The notes: generated from the sequence alone by a model not told the origin. Shown: positions 37,293 to 48,254, counted from the stretch's first letter. The stretch is DNA of 64,000 nucleotides from Minisyncoccota bacterium (GCA_018061145.1 JAGOUR010000004.1:10625-74624), one strand, 5' to 3'. Numbers and translations are program-made.

Positions 37293-38237
37293 ATGTCAAA
37301 AATTTTAATCATTGGTGCGTGCGGTCAGATAGGGGTGGAGCTTACTTTGGCTCTACGGAAAATTCATGGTAACGAAAATGTAATAGCGAGCGATATCCGT
37401 GGTGAGCATGCGATGCTCGCAGGTACTGGACCATACTACACACTAGATGCTACTGATGCAGAGGGGACTCGAGCGATAGTAGAAAAAGAAGGGGTCACAG
37501 ATATATACTTACTCGCTGCGCTACTATCTGCAACAGGGGAAAAAAATCCAAAGCTATGCTGGGATTTAAATATGAACAGTCTCCGACAGATTCTAGATCT
37601 AGGAGTAGAAAAGAAATTAAAAATCTTTTGGCCTAGTTCTATAGCAGTATTCGGACCGACTACACCTCGAGACAATACAAAACTTCACACTATTATCGAG
37701 CCTACTACTATGTACGGAGTGACAAAGTATGCAGGTGAGATGCTCTGCCAATACTATGCAAATAGATTTGGACTAGATGTCCGCTCTGTGCGATACCCAG
37801 GTCTCATCAGCTGGAAGAGTGAACCAGGTGGTGGAACTACAGACTATGCAGTAGAGATATTTTATGAAGCTATCAAGAATAAAAAGTATTCTTGTTTCCT
37901 CTCTGAAAATACTTATCTACCTATGATGTATATGGATGATGCAATACGTGCGACGATCGAGCTGATGCAGGCGCCACTTGAAAATATAAAGACTCGTATG
38001 TCATACAACCTATCTGCAATCAGCTTTTCTCCTACAGAGATAGCAGGTGAATTAAAAAAGCATATGCCAGAATTTGAGATATCTTATGCTCCGGATCACC
38101 GCCAAGCTATCGCCGACTCATGGCCTGCATCTATAGATGATTCTGATGCACGTGCAGACTGGGGATGGAAGCATGAATTTGATCTAGAAAAAATGACAGA
38201 AGTAATGCTTGAGAATTTAAAAATAAAACTTGGATAA
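37293..38237 (+). CDS. tdh: NAD-dependent L-threonine 3-dehydrogenase (extended-SDR / epimerase-like type)
   Basis: Rossmann motif ILIIGACGQIG. YxxxK catalytic pair (YGVTKYAGE). Gene context with kbl. Confidence 0.7.
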   Translation: MSKILIIGACGQIGVELTLALRKIHGNENVIASDIRGEHAMLAGTGPYYTLDATDAEGTRAIVEKEGVTDIYLLAALLSATGEKNPKLCWDLNMNSLRQILDLGVEKKLKIFWPSSIAVFGPTTPRDNTKLHTIIEPTTMYGVTKYAGEMLCQYYANRFGLDVRSVRYPGLISWKSEPGGGTTDYAVEIFYEAIKNKKYSCFLSENTYLPMMYMDDAIRATIELMQAPLENIKTRMSYNLSAISFSPTEIAGELKKHMPEFEISYAPDHRQAIADSWPASIDDSDARADWGWKHEFDLEKMTEVMLENLKIKLG

Positions 38238-38784
38238 TTTTAAAATGGAAATATCAACAAATATTGAGGTTGAAATAAAATCACTATCACCAGAAATTGC
38301 AGAAAGATTATTTGAACTTACAGAAAAGAATAGAAATCATATAGGGAAAACATTGCCGTGGATTGATGGCGTAAAAACTGTAAATGATACTCTTGATTTT
38401 ATTAATAATTTCAAGAAACAAGAATCTGAAAATGAAGGTATTGTATTTGGAATTTGGTATCAAAATAATCTTGTCGGAGTGATTGATTTCCACAAGATAA
38501 ACAATAAAGAAAAAAATGCACAAATTGGATATTGGATAGATGAAGACTATCAAGGCAAAGGTATCGTGACAAAGGCATGCGAGATGTTAGTCAAACACGG
38601 CTTTAATGTTTTGAACTTGAATAGATTAGAAATACATTGCTTAACGGATAACTCAAAAAGTGCAAACATTGCAAAGAGACTGGGATTTGTAAAAGAGGGG
38701 ATATTACGAGAATCAACTATTCGACATGGTAGATTTCAAGATATGGAACTGTATAGTTTATTAAAAAATGAAGTAAAATTTTAA
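38230..38784 (+). CDS. GNAT N-acetyltransferase (RimJ/RimL-like)
   Basis: GNAT motif A QGKGIVTKACEMLVKHGF. Overlaps the tdh stop by 8 nt. Confidence 0.7.
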   Translation: MDNFKMEISTNIEVEIKSLSPEIAERLFELTEKNRNHIGKTLPWIDGVKTVNDTLDFINNFKKQESENEGIVFGIWYQNNLVGVIDFHKINNKEKNAQIGYWIDEDYQGKGIVTKACEMLVKHGFNVLNLNRLEIHCLTDNSKSANIAKRLGFVKEGILRESTIRHGRFQDMELYSLLKNEVKF

Positions 38785-38795
38785 ACACAATTAAG

Positions 38796-40004
38796 ATGAA
38801 TAAACTTTTAGAAAAAATAAATACTGAGCTTGAAAACTTGAAGCAATTAGGCAAATTCAAGAGCGAGAGAGAGATCGAGGGTAGGCAAGGCGCCCATGTA
38901 GAAATTGCTGGCAAGGACTATATAATGTTTGCTTCAAATAACTATATCGGATTGGCAAATCATCCAGAAATTTTAAAAGCATCAAGTGTTTACCAGGAAA
39001 AATATGGCTATGGTCTTTCTTCTGTGCGATTCTTATCTGGCACACAGACAATACACAGAGATTTAGAAAAGAAATTGGCAGAATTCCTAGGTACAGAAGA
39101 TGCGATACTGTATTCTACAAATTTTATGTCAAACCTTGGATTTTTTGCCACAATAACAAATGAACCACTAGGTGAAACTACATGGAGGGACGCCATATAC
39201 AGTGACTCACTAAATCATGCATCAATCATAGATGCATTCAAGCTCTGTAAAAAAGAAAATGTAGACAAGAGAATTTATCCGCACAAAGACCTAAAAGTAT
39301 TAGAAAATATGCTAGTAGAAGATATGGATAAGGGGTATCGATTCAAAATCATTGTGACAGATGGGATATTTTCCATGGAGGGAGACTGTGCAGATCTAGT
39401 AGGGATAAAAAAATTGGCTGACAAATATGATGCATTGATATACGTAGATGATGCACATGCAGTAGGAGTGATGGGAGAAGATGGTAGTGGTACCCCATCA
39501 TACACAGACACCAAAGGTTGTATCGATATTATCTCGGGAACATTTGGAAAGGCTCTCGGTGGAGCAGTTGGTGGATACATAGCTAGTAAAAAAGAAATAG
39601 TAGAATTGCTACGCCAAAAATCTCGAACATATCTATTTTCAAATTCTGTTCCTCCTGCAGTAGTAGGTGCATCGATCAGAGCACTTGAGATATTAAAAGA
39701 AAATAAAAATTTAATATCTCAAGCAAAAGAGAATGCAGATTATTTTAGAACAAAATTAAAAGAAGCTGGTATGCCAATATTAGAAGGCAATCACCCTATA
39801 GTCCCGCTAATGACACATGATGCGAATAAAAATACGAACCTAAGTAAAGCATTATTTGAAAGAGGTGTATACGCTACCGGATTATCATTCCCAGTAGTAC
39901 CAGAGGGAGAAGCACGCATACGCTTCCAGATATCTGCATTGCATACAAAAGAAGACTTGGATAAAACAATAGGCATAATAAAAGAAGAATATAAAAAGTT
40001 ATAA
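38796..40004 (+). CDS. kbl: 2-amino-3-ketobutyrate CoA ligase (glycine C-acetyltransferase)
   Basis: Class-II aminotransferase / alpha-oxoamine synthase family. PLP lysine context SGTFGKALGGAVGGY and DDAHAVG. Confidence 0.8.
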   Translation: MNKLLEKINTELENLKQLGKFKSEREIEGRQGAHVEIAGKDYIMFASNNYIGLANHPEILKASSVYQEKYGYGLSSVRFLSGTQTIHRDLEKKLAEFLGTEDAILYSTNFMSNLGFFATITNEPLGETTWRDAIYSDSLNHASIIDAFKLCKKENVDKRIYPHKDLKVLENMLVEDMDKGYRFKIIVTDGIFSMEGDCADLVGIKKLADKYDALIYVDDAHAVGVMGEDGSGTPSYTDTKGCIDIISGTFGKALGGAVGGYIASKKEIVELLRQKSRTYLFSNSVPPAVVGASIRALEILKENKNLISQAKENADYFRTKLKEAGMPILEGNHPIVPLMTHDANKNTNLSKALFERGVYATGLSFPVVPEGEARIRFQISALHTKEDLDKTIGIIKEEYKKL

Positions 40005-40007
40005 TAA

Positions 40008-40040
40008 AATAAAAGCCACAATTGTGGCTTTTATTTTTTA
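40008..40040. terminator. Bidirectional terminator between kbl and glmS
   Basis: aaagccacaa/ttgtggcttt flanked by an A-run and a T-run. Confidence 0.7.
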
Positions 40041-41873
40041 TTCTACTGTTACAGACTTGGCTAAATTTCTCGGCTTGTCTACATCCGCTCCACGCAGTAC
40101 TGCAGTATGATATGCCAATAGCTGTAGTGGTATCACAGATAGTATCGGCATCCACTCATCGGGCACATTTGGAATCTCGATAATGTGATCAAAGATATTT
40201 TTCAATTCTTCGTTGCCACTGCGGACTATACCGATAGTCAGTGCTCCACGAGCTTTGACCTCTTGGACATTTGATATTACTTTTTCAATCAATGCATTAT
40301 TTGTAGCGACTACAATAACAGGGAAATCTTTTTCTACTAGTGCTATCGGACCGTGCTTCATCTCGGCTGCTGGATAACCCTCGGCATGGATATAAGAAAT
40401 CTCTTTTAATTTCAATGCTCCCTCGAGTGCGACGGGGAATAGTACTCCGCGCCCCAGGAACAATGCATTGTCTTTTTCTTTTAGTATCTCAGCTATCTTT
40501 TTAACCTTTCCTTCTTCTTTCAACACTTGTTCTACCTTGTCTCCGATAGTAGACAATTCTTTTACCAATCTTACATATTCATCTGCATCTAGAGTCTGGC
40601 GATCTTTTGCTAGTAATAGAGAGAGCAGTGATAGTATCACAGCCTGACCAGTAAAAGCTTTTGTCGATGCTACTCCGATCTCGGGGCCGACGTGGATATA
40701 TGAACCTGCGTCAGTGATACGTGCGATAGATGATCCGACTACATTTGATATTCCGTATGTCATAGCACCAGATTCACGAGCGATCTGCAGCGCAGCTAGT
40801 GTATCTGCAGTCTCTCCGGATTGTGATATAGCTACTACGATGTCGTCTTTGTAAATTATCGGATTGCGATAACGGAATTCTGATGCATACTCTACTTCTA
40901 CTGGGATCCGAGCTAAAGTCTCGATCAGATATTCACCGACGAGTCCCGCTATCCAAGATGTACCACAAGCTGTGATGATTATCCTCTTTGCATTTTTGAA
41001 TTTATCAGCCATCTCTTCTATTCCGCGTAGGTGCACAGTGTTATCGGGCAGTATGTGACCACGGAGTGCATCGTGTATAGTACGAGCCTGTTCAAAAATC
41101 TCTTTTTGCATATAGTGATCGTATCCACCTTTTTCTAGCATCTCAGCTTCGATAGTCAATTCCTCTATGAATGGAGTATGTACCACACCATCGATAGACT
41201 TTACATAGAATTCACCACTGCGCATTACTTTTGCCATATGGCCATCCTCTAGATAGATCACACTCTTTGTATATTCTACGATAGGGGATGCATCCGAAGC
41301 GATAAAGAATTCTTTTTCTCCTATACCGATGACGAGTGGGCTACCTTTGCGTGCGACAATCAATGTATCGGGATCCTCTTCGTCTAGTACGACGATAGCA
41401 TAAGCCCCCACTACCTGAGATAGTGCTTCGCGAACGGCCTCTTCGGTGCTGAGATTGTCCTTTATTTTTACTTTTTCTATCAGATGAGCTAAGACTTCTG
41501 TATCAGTATCGCTCTTGAAAGTATCTCCATCCTTGAGCAGAGCCGTCTTTAAAGTCAGGTAATTCTCTATAATACCGTTATGTATCAAGGCTATAGATCC
41601 AGATTCTGATAGGTGGGGGTGGGCATTGCGATCTTCTGGTGCACCATGGGTGGCCCAGCGAGTATGACCAATACCTATATTCCCAGCGGGATTATGGTCT
41701 TTTGCATACTTAAAAAGCTCGGCAACCTTGCCTTTTTTCTTGAAAACATTCATCTTTCCATCTAGAAGTGCGACTCCAGCTGAGTCATACCCTCTATATT
41801 CGAGCCTCTCTAAACCCTTTATAATAATGGGAAAGGCTTCTCTTTTTCCTATGTATCCGATTATTCCACACAT
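40038..41873 (-). CDS. glmS: Glutamine--fructose-6-phosphate aminotransferase
   Basis: N-terminal MCGIIGYIG with catalytic Cys2 (start at 41873, not 41900). Two SIS domains. C-terminal ...SVTVE. Confidence 0.9.
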   Translation of the reverse strand: MCGIIGYIGKREAFPIIIKGLERLEYRGYDSAGVALLDGKMNVFKKKGKVAELFKYAKDHNPAGNIGIGHTRWATHGAPEDRNAHPHLSESGSIALIHNGIIENYLTLKTALLKDGDTFKSDTDTEVLAHLIEKVKIKDNLSTEEAVREALSQVVGAYAIVVLDEEDPDTLIVARKGSPLVIGIGEKEFFIASDASPIVEYTKSVIYLEDGHMAKVMRSGEFYVKSIDGVVHTPFIEELTIEAEMLEKGGYDHYMQKEIFEQARTIHDALRGHILPDNTVHLRGIEEMADKFKNAKRIIITACGTSWIAGLVGEYLIETLARIPVEVEYASEFRYRNPIIYKDDIVVAISQSGETADTLAALQIARESGAMTYGISNVVGSSIARITDAGSYIHVGPEIGVASTKAFTGQAVILSLLSLLLAKDRQTLDADEYVRLVKELSTIGDKVEQVLKEEGKVKKIAEILKEKDNALFLGRGVLFPVALEGALKLKEISYIHAEGYPAAEMKHGPIALVEKDFPVIVVATNNALIEKVISNVQEVKARGALTIGIVRSGNEELKNIFDHIIEIPNVPDEWMPILSVIPLQLLAYHTAVLRGADVDKPRNLAKSVTVE

Positions 41874-42171
41874 ATAATATAATAAGCGGGCCAAATCCAT
41901 CTGCTTTGTTGTCGATTCCGTTTATTCCCGCAATGTAGATAACTACATCTTGGTCATAATACTCATCGACGCCTCGCACCTGCATTCGTCCGGCTGATTA
42001 TATGATTATACATTTAAACTATTTATTTCAAAAATCCTTTCTTCGCATATCTTTTTCAGGGTACGCAAATTTTTTGCTAAAAATTTACTCAGGCTTCGCG
42101 CCAGTCGCGCTGTAGAAGCCCCTAAAAAAGATACGCGTGCGACAGATTTTACAAAATGATAAAATATAAAG

Positions 42172-43203
42172 ATGTTAAAAAACGATATTAAAAAATACGA
42201 TTCAAAGAATGTGCTAGCTTCAGTCGAGCTTTTTTATGCCCAATGCAAAAAATCATGGGATACGACTATTTATAAAAATGATAAAAATGAGATATCAAAT
42301 ATATTAGTCATAGGTATGGGTGGATCTGCACTGGGTGCACAGATAATACAGTCACTAAATATATTGAAGGTGCCGATGCATATATCAAATGAGTACACGA
42401 TACCAGAATGGGTAAATAAAAATACCTTGGTCTTGGCGATGAGCTACTCTGGTGGCACAGAGGAGACAGTCAAGGCACTCGACTCTGCATTAGCAAAAAA
42501 GGCAAACATAGTAGGAATAACTACTGGAGGTAAACTAGCAGAAATCTTGAAAAAGAAAAAGCTTCCACTGTGCCTGATCGACAAGACAGACAATCCCTGC
42601 GGTCAGCCACGATTTGCAGTGGGGTCTATGATGATGATCATGCTGCGAATTTTTATCCATCACAAATTGTGCAGATTAAATACAAAAGACATATCAAGCG
42701 CACTATCAGAATTAGAGAGTGAAAAAGTGCTAAATGATAAATCTCTAGAGAAAAAATACAATCAAATAAGTAAATTAAAAGATAAGATACTCGTACTAGT
42801 ATATGCAGAGCATCTATCCAATGTCGGACTATTCGCTAGGAATCAGATTCACGAGACATCAAAGACTTTTGCAGTCACACACAATATACCAGAGCTGAAT
42901 CACCATCTGATGGAGGGGCTATCGTACCCGGCATCAAATAAAAATATTCTGCATTTTATATTTACAGAATCCACACTATACAGTGACAAAATACAAAAGA
43001 GAATAGGTGTGACAAAAGAAGTACTAAAAAAACAAAAGATAAAATCAAGTGTAGTAGAGGCGAGAGGGGGCAGTCATCTATCTGAAGTATTGATCCAGAT
43101 ACTAGACTCTATGTATTTTGCTTATCTCCTAGGTATAGCAAATAAAAAAGACCCGAGTGACATCCGCTGGGTAGACTATTTTAAAGCACAATTAAGTAAA
43201 TAA
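42172..43203 (+). CDS. SIS-domain bifunctional phosphoglucose/phosphomannose isomerase-like protein
   Basis: SIS motif VIGMGGSALGAQI and second SIS half. Archaeal-type PGI/PMI family architecture. Confidence 0.6.
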   Translation: MLKNDIKKYDSKNVLASVELFYAQCKKSWDTTIYKNDKNEISNILVIGMGGSALGAQIIQSLNILKVPMHISNEYTIPEWVNKNTLVLAMSYSGGTEETVKALDSALAKKANIVGITTGGKLAEILKKKKLPLCLIDKTDNPCGQPRFAVGSMMMIMLRIFIHHKLCRLNTKDISSALSELESEKVLNDKSLEKKYNQISKLKDKILVLVYAEHLSNVGLFARNQIHETSKTFAVTHNIPELNHHLMEGLSYPASNKNILHFIFTESTLYSDKIQKRIGVTKEVLKKQKIKSSVVEARGGSHLSEVLIQILDSMYFAYLLGIANKKDPSDIRWVDYFKAQLSK

Positions 43204-43296
43204 TTTCGTAAAAAGCCCTTGATAATCAAGGGCTTTTTACATTGACAAATTCATATAAAAATGATATAATACCAAAAAAATTAAAACCACATAAAA

Positions 43297-44547
43297 ATGA
43301 AAAAGCCGAAAATTATTGCATTCATTAGCCTAGCAATCTTAATTGCTTCTATTATTTACCTTTCAAGCTGGAGCGGATACCGCTCGTTTGAATGTGACAC
43401 AATTGAAATCTACCCCCGCTTCTACAAAGGGGCTAATGGGGAGATAAACTATCATGGAGCCCACTCACCAACAGGTTTTGAAGCTCAAAGTATCGTGTAT
43501 GACACTGTGAGGTTTACCCACAGGGTGATATACCCAGTGGCACCACACTTTAAAATGGTGGAACCAGAGTACTCTCCAGAAGCCAAAGTGGCCGAGGAAA
43601 TTAAAAAGGTTATTCTAGACAGTCTGAGTAGGATCGAATATGATCTTTCGTTGGATTATGATGGGCAAGCTCTTGCTGTAAGGCAACATGCGAACCCTGA
43701 AACTATCAAACCAGGAAAAGCTAAAGTTTACGTGTATACACACAACACAGCGTCACCTGAAGGAATAAAGTATGGATTGAGAGAGAGCTTGATGCCGGGA
43801 CATTTTGAAGATGAAAATTACATGCTCTCGCAACACAGAGGTATCAGGACAAACGCAATTCTAGCAAGAGAGCTTGATTCTAAAAATGATAGTCCTTTTG
43901 ATTTGTATTTTACAGGATCAACCTCAGAAGAGTTGCAATTGAAAGACGAAGCTGAAGTTGAAAAGGCAATCTTAGACCCTTCTATCCTAGACACAATGCG
44001 ATACGTAGATGCGGACATATCTATTATTACCCAAAAGGTAAAGATAACTACTGCAACTGCACCCATCGCACTGCCAATATGGATTGGACTTATCTCTCTC
44101 TTGCTTTGGAGTATTTATCGCTGGATAGCAGATGCATCTCGCAGGAGATACTATGGTAACTATATCCACACAAGGCCAAAAAGAAAATTTGATTTATGGT
44201 GGTTGGTGTTGATACTAGCAGCATTGGTGATATATTTTGCATTTTTATTATTATTCCCAGTTTGGGTGATACTGATAATGATGTTGGCATATTTAATATA
44301 TGCAATATATACCATCTACCATTATGCAAACTTTAGTATGTTCTGGGTTGGATTTATCACTACGGTGCTTCAGATTATAGATGCAATCGTCAGATTTATC
44401 AGATGGATCAGAGACGGGATTGCATCAATCTGGAATTGGTGGAGAGAGATGTGTGGATGCTGTCGTTTTTTCATTATTTTGTCATTTATCCTTCTATTAC
44501 TCTGGGTAACCGGGGTGATGCACGTCACTTTTGTATGGCCATTTTAG
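43297..44547 (+). CDS. Polytopic membrane protein, hypothetical (N-terminal anchor, ~230-aa extracytoplasmic domain, 4-5 C-terminal TM helices, CGCC motif)
   Basis: Hydrophobic segments at aa 7-23 and several after aa 250. No recognisable domain. Confidence 0.4.
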   Translation: MKKPKIIAFISLAILIASIIYLSSWSGYRSFECDTIEIYPRFYKGANGEINYHGAHSPTGFEAQSIVYDTVRFTHRVIYPVAPHFKMVEPEYSPEAKVAEEIKKVILDSLSRIEYDLSLDYDGQALAVRQHANPETIKPGKAKVYVYTHNTASPEGIKYGLRESLMPGHFEDENYMLSQHRGIRTNAILARELDSKNDSPFDLYFTGSTSEELQLKDEAEVEKAILDPSILDTMRYVDADISIITQKVKITTATAPIALPIWIGLISLLLWSIYRWIADASRRRYYGNYIHTRPKRKFDLWWLVLILAALVIYFAFLLLFPVWVILIMMLAYLIYAIYTIYHYANFSMFWVGFITTVLQIIDAIVRFIRWIRDGIASIWNWWREMCGCCRFFIILSFILLLLWVTGVMHVTFVWPF

Positions 44548-44649
44548 CCTTATGATAAACGTTTCTGTTATTTTCATTATCTTTAACCCTGACTATCTAT
44601 TTAGTATGGGAAAAGAGATGAGTGTTGCATATAATATATGCAAAATATT

Positions 44650-44688
44650 TAAACTCCATTTGCTCAAAAGGCAAGTGGAGTTTTTCGT
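44650..44688 (+). terminator. Rho-independent terminator after the membrane protein gene, upstream of the pnp leader
   Basis: aaactccatttgc-tcaaaag-gcaagtggagttt followed by tttcg. Confidence 0.55.
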
Positions 44689-44828
44689 TGTATACCTTTA
44701 AAAAAAGGCTGTTTTCTGGTAAGATGACAGTATTAACAGGTTAATGAGTTTGCCTCCGGACAATTAGAGTTGAAGGGCAAAATGGCCATTTCAAAGCTAG
44801 AGTCTGCAGGCAAGCTCGATAAAAAAGT

Positions 44829-46970
44829 ATGCAAAGTAAAGAATACAGTGTGGAGATAGGCGGCAAGCAAGTTGTCGCGGTTTTCAGTGACCTAGCAAAC
44901 CAGGCCAATGGTTCTGTGATGCTAAAGTGCGAGGGGACAGTAGTCATGGCTACCGCCGTGATTAGTCGTGATGGAAAGTCGAATCCGGGATTCTTTAACC
45001 TAACAGTAGAATATTTAGAAAAGTTCTACGCCGCAGGCAAAATCCTCGGATCACAATTTACTCGTCGTGAAGGTCGTCCTAGTGAGCAGGCGATACTAGC
45101 TGCTCGTGTGATCGACCGTACAATCCGTCCATTGTTTGAACATCACATCAAAAATGCAGTCCAGGTAATAGTCACAGTCATAGCAGTAGGGAAAGCAGAC
45201 CCAAAGACTCTGGGTATCAATGCTGCATCTATCGCACTCTGCACATCTGACATACCATGGCACGGACCAATCGGTGCAGTGCATATGTCTATGACAAAGG
45301 ACGCACCGACAATAGCTATCAACAATTATATCCCCCAGGCAGACGAGCCAGTATATACACTAGACCTGATGGTTTGCGGAAAGGACCGCAATATCGCCAT
45401 GATCGAGGCGATGGCATTTGAACTATCTGAAGATGTGATCGGTGAAGGTTTTGATCGTGCAGTAACTGAGATAGAAAAGTGGGAGAATTTCCAAAAGATG
45501 CTCGTAGCAGAATTCGGAAAAACAAAACTACTATTTCCAAAACCAGAAACACCAGCAGAACTCTCAGACCTATTCGCAACTACAATCAAGCCAATATTGG
45601 CGGAAGGTGCCTTTGGACCAAATAGTAAAAAAGTTCTAGATGATGCATGGCACATCTGGAAGGGAATAGTCGACGAAAAATATGCAGATATGCCCGAGAC
45701 AAAGTTCGTAGCAGAAGACTATATCGAAGAATATATAAATAAAATAATTCACGATGCCGCACTCCTAGAATCAAAACGCCCAGACCTAAGAGCGCTCGAT
45801 GAAGTTCGCAGTCTATACGCAAAAGCTGGTGGAATATCAGAGGTACTTCACGGATCTGGAATATTCTACCGTGGAGAGACTCATGTCATGTCAGTGCTGA
45901 CACTCGCAGGACCAGAGAGTATGTTCACAATAGATGGCATAGAATTTTCTGCAAAGAAAAGATTTATGCATCACTACAATTTCCCTCCATACTCAGCCGG
46001 AGAGACTGGCCGTGTAGGTGGTATCAATCGCCGAGAGATGGGTCATGGATTCCTAGCAGAAAAAGCACTCATCCCGGTTCTACCCGTAAAAGAAATTTTC
46101 CCTTACACTATTCGCGTAGTTTCTGAATCTACAGCTTCAAACGGTTCTACTTCACAGGCCAGTATCTGCGCTTCGACAATAGCTATGATGGATGGGGGAG
46201 TGCCGATCAAGACACCTGTAGCAGGAATTTCTATCGGTGTGATGATCGATGAAAATGATAATACAAAGTACGCACTCATCTCTGATATCCAAGGACCAGA
46301 GGATCACTACGGAGACATGGACTTTAAAGTCGGAGGAACTGTGAATGGTATCACTGCTATCCAGCTCGATATCAAAGTAGGAGGTATCCCAGTATTCATC
46401 TTGAAGGATGCGCTAGTACGTGCAAAAACTGCTCGCCTACAAATACTAGAAGCAATCACAAAAGAGATACCTACACACCGCGCAGACATCTCTGAAAATG
46501 CTCCAAAGATTTTGACTGTGAAAATAAACAAGGATCAGATCGGTATGGTCATCGGCCCAGGAGGAAAGAATGTAAATATGATTCGTGAGAAAACTGGTGC
46601 AGAGATTACGATAGAAGAAGACGGTACAGTATTTGTCACAGGTAAAAATGGTGCAGCAGAAAAAGCACAAAAGATCATCGCGGACATGACACATGAATAC
46701 AAGGTAGGCGAAGAGGCGACAGGTACCGTGGTCAAGCTCATGGAATTCGGAGCATTCGTATCTATCGCAGCTGGCACAGAGGGACTAGTACACATCTCAG
46801 AGATCGCACCATTCCGTGTAGAGAAAGTTTCTGATATGCTTAAAGAAGGAGACACAGTTCCAGTGAAGATAATCAAAGTAGACGAAAAAGGAAGACTCAA
46901 TCTTTCTATAAAAGAAGCAAACAAAGATTTCTTCAAACCAAAAGTAGCAACTCCTACAGAAGTAAAATAG
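44829..46970 (+). CDS. pnp: Polyribonucleotide nucleotidyltransferase (PNPase)
   Basis: Two RNase PH domains, KH (IGPGGKNVNMIREKTGAEI), and S1 (GTVVKLMEFGAFVSI...GLVHISEI). Confidence 0.9.
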   Translation: MQSKEYSVEIGGKQVVAVFSDLANQANGSVMLKCEGTVVMATAVISRDGKSNPGFFNLTVEYLEKFYAAGKILGSQFTRREGRPSEQAILAARVIDRTIRPLFEHHIKNAVQVIVTVIAVGKADPKTLGINAASIALCTSDIPWHGPIGAVHMSMTKDAPTIAINNYIPQADEPVYTLDLMVCGKDRNIAMIEAMAFELSEDVIGEGFDRAVTEIEKWENFQKMLVAEFGKTKLLFPKPETPAELSDLFATTIKPILAEGAFGPNSKKVLDDAWHIWKGIVDEKYADMPETKFVAEDYIEEYINKIIHDAALLESKRPDLRALDEVRSLYAKAGGISEVLHGSGIFYRGETHVMSVLTLAGPESMFTIDGIEFSAKKRFMHHYNFPPYSAGETGRVGGINRREMGHGFLAEKALIPVLPVKEIFPYTIRVVSESTASNGSTSQASICASTIAMMDGGVPIKTPVAGISIGVMIDENDNTKYALISDIQGPEDHYGDMDFKVGGTVNGITAIQLDIKVGGIPVFILKDALVRAKTARLQILEAITKEIPTHRADISENAPKILTVKINKDQIGMVIGPGGKNVNMIREKTGAEITIEEDGTVFVTGKNGAAEKAQKIIADMTHEYKVGEEATGTVVKLMEFGAFVSIAAGTEGLVHISEIAPFRVEKVSDMLKEGDTVPVKIIKVDEKGRLNLSIKEANKDFFKPKVATPTEVK

Positions 46971-46994
46971 ATCTGAGGTAAAAATTTAAACTAT

Positions 46995-47876
46995 ATGGAC
47001 GAAAAAAATAACCCGACAAAAATACAAAACATCCACACATATTCATCCGATATGGCAGATGCAGTACGCGAACAAGAAGCGACGGTTATTAAAATCGCCC
47101 TAGCAGAAAAAGAAAGAAAGGACAGAGAAAAATATGTAGAAGAAAATAAAAGTAATTTTTCTTCAAATATTTTTTATGTTATAGGGGGAGTTGCACTAGT
47201 AGTATCGTCCATCTGGGCCACATCTTACTTTATACAAAAAGGCAAAGAGGCATCCTCGATCGCAGTTAAAAAAACTACAGTAGATACTCTGATAAAGACA
47301 GACGAGCAGGCGATGCTAGACGTGACAAACATCACAAACAAGCAAGACCTGATAAACGCAATAAAAACAGAAAAATTAAAAGAAATTAAAATTGGAAACA
47401 CAAAATCGATAGTTCTATACACAAGCACAGAAGCTGGGGTAAAAATGCTAACCACTACGGACCTACTGGAAAGACTATCTATAAACATTCCAGGAACTCT
47501 AGCTCGATCACTACATGAGAGTTTCATGCTGGGGGTTTATCAGATAGGAGGAGAGAGAAACTTATTTTTAGTTTTCTCGACAAATGACTACAACTCTTCC
47601 TTTGCAGGGATGTTATCCTGGGAACCTACCATCCTCTCTTCTATGTTTAATCTATTTAGTGTGAATGTTTCATCTAGCCTAGAAGGTGTATTTGAAACAC
47701 CGTGGGGAGATAAAATCATTTTAAACAAAGATTCGAGAGTATTATCTCTGACTGACGGGACAGAATTACTCTCCTACATGTTTATAGACAAAAATAAATT
47801 GATTTTAACTGACAAAGAGGAGACCATAAAAGAAATGATCCAGAGACTAGTTACACAGAACATAAAACCCATATAA
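46995..47876 (+). CDS. Membrane-anchored hypothetical protein
   Basis: Single TM (FYVIGGVALVVSSIWATSYFI) followed by a ~210-aa domain. No known motif. Confidence 0.35.
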   Translation: MDEKNNPTKIQNIHTYSSDMADAVREQEATVIKIALAEKERKDREKYVEENKSNFSSNIFYVIGGVALVVSSIWATSYFIQKGKEASSIAVKKTTVDTLIKTDEQAMLDVTNITNKQDLINAIKTEKLKEIKIGNTKSIVLYTSTEAGVKMLTTTDLLERLSINIPGTLARSLHESFMLGVYQIGGERNLFLVFSTNDYNSSFAGMLSWEPTILSSMFNLFSVNVSSSLEGVFETPWGDKIILNKDSRVLSLTDGTELLSYMFIDKNKLILTDKEETIKEMIQRLVTQNIKPI

Positions 47877-47910
47877 TTGCTGTTTTAATTATAAATGATA
47901 AAATTTAACT

Positions 47911-48252
47911 ATGGAAAACTACAAAATAAAACTCGAAGAAGAAAAGCAAATACTAGAGGAAGAGCTATCTGGACTAGGCAAGAAGAATACAGAGACAGGG
48001 GAGTGGCAAGCAGTCAGTGACGACGCCGGGGCAACAGAAGCAGACGAGAGTGACATGGACGACAGAGGTGAGGACTACGAAGAAAAATCTTCACTCATCA
48101 GAGTCCTATCAAAGAGACTCACTGGGATACTAGTAGCACTCGACAAGATAGAAGGTGGCTCATACGGCAAGTGTGAAAAATGTGGATTAGATATCGAAGT
48201 CGAGAGACTCGAGGCGAATCCATCAGCGCCGACTTGTAAAAATTGTATGTAA
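47911..48252 (+). CDS. DksA/TraR-family C4 zinc-finger protein
   Basis: Coiled-coil N-terminus. C-terminal CxxC-(17)-CxxC (GKCEKCGLDIEVERLEANPSAPTCKNC). Confidence 0.6.
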   Translation: MENYKIKLEEEKQILEEELSGLGKKNTETGEWQAVSDDAGATEADESDMDDRGEDYEEKSSLIRVLSKRLTGILVALDKIEGGSYGKCEKCGLDIEVERLEANPSAPTCKNCM

Positions 48253-48254
48253 TA

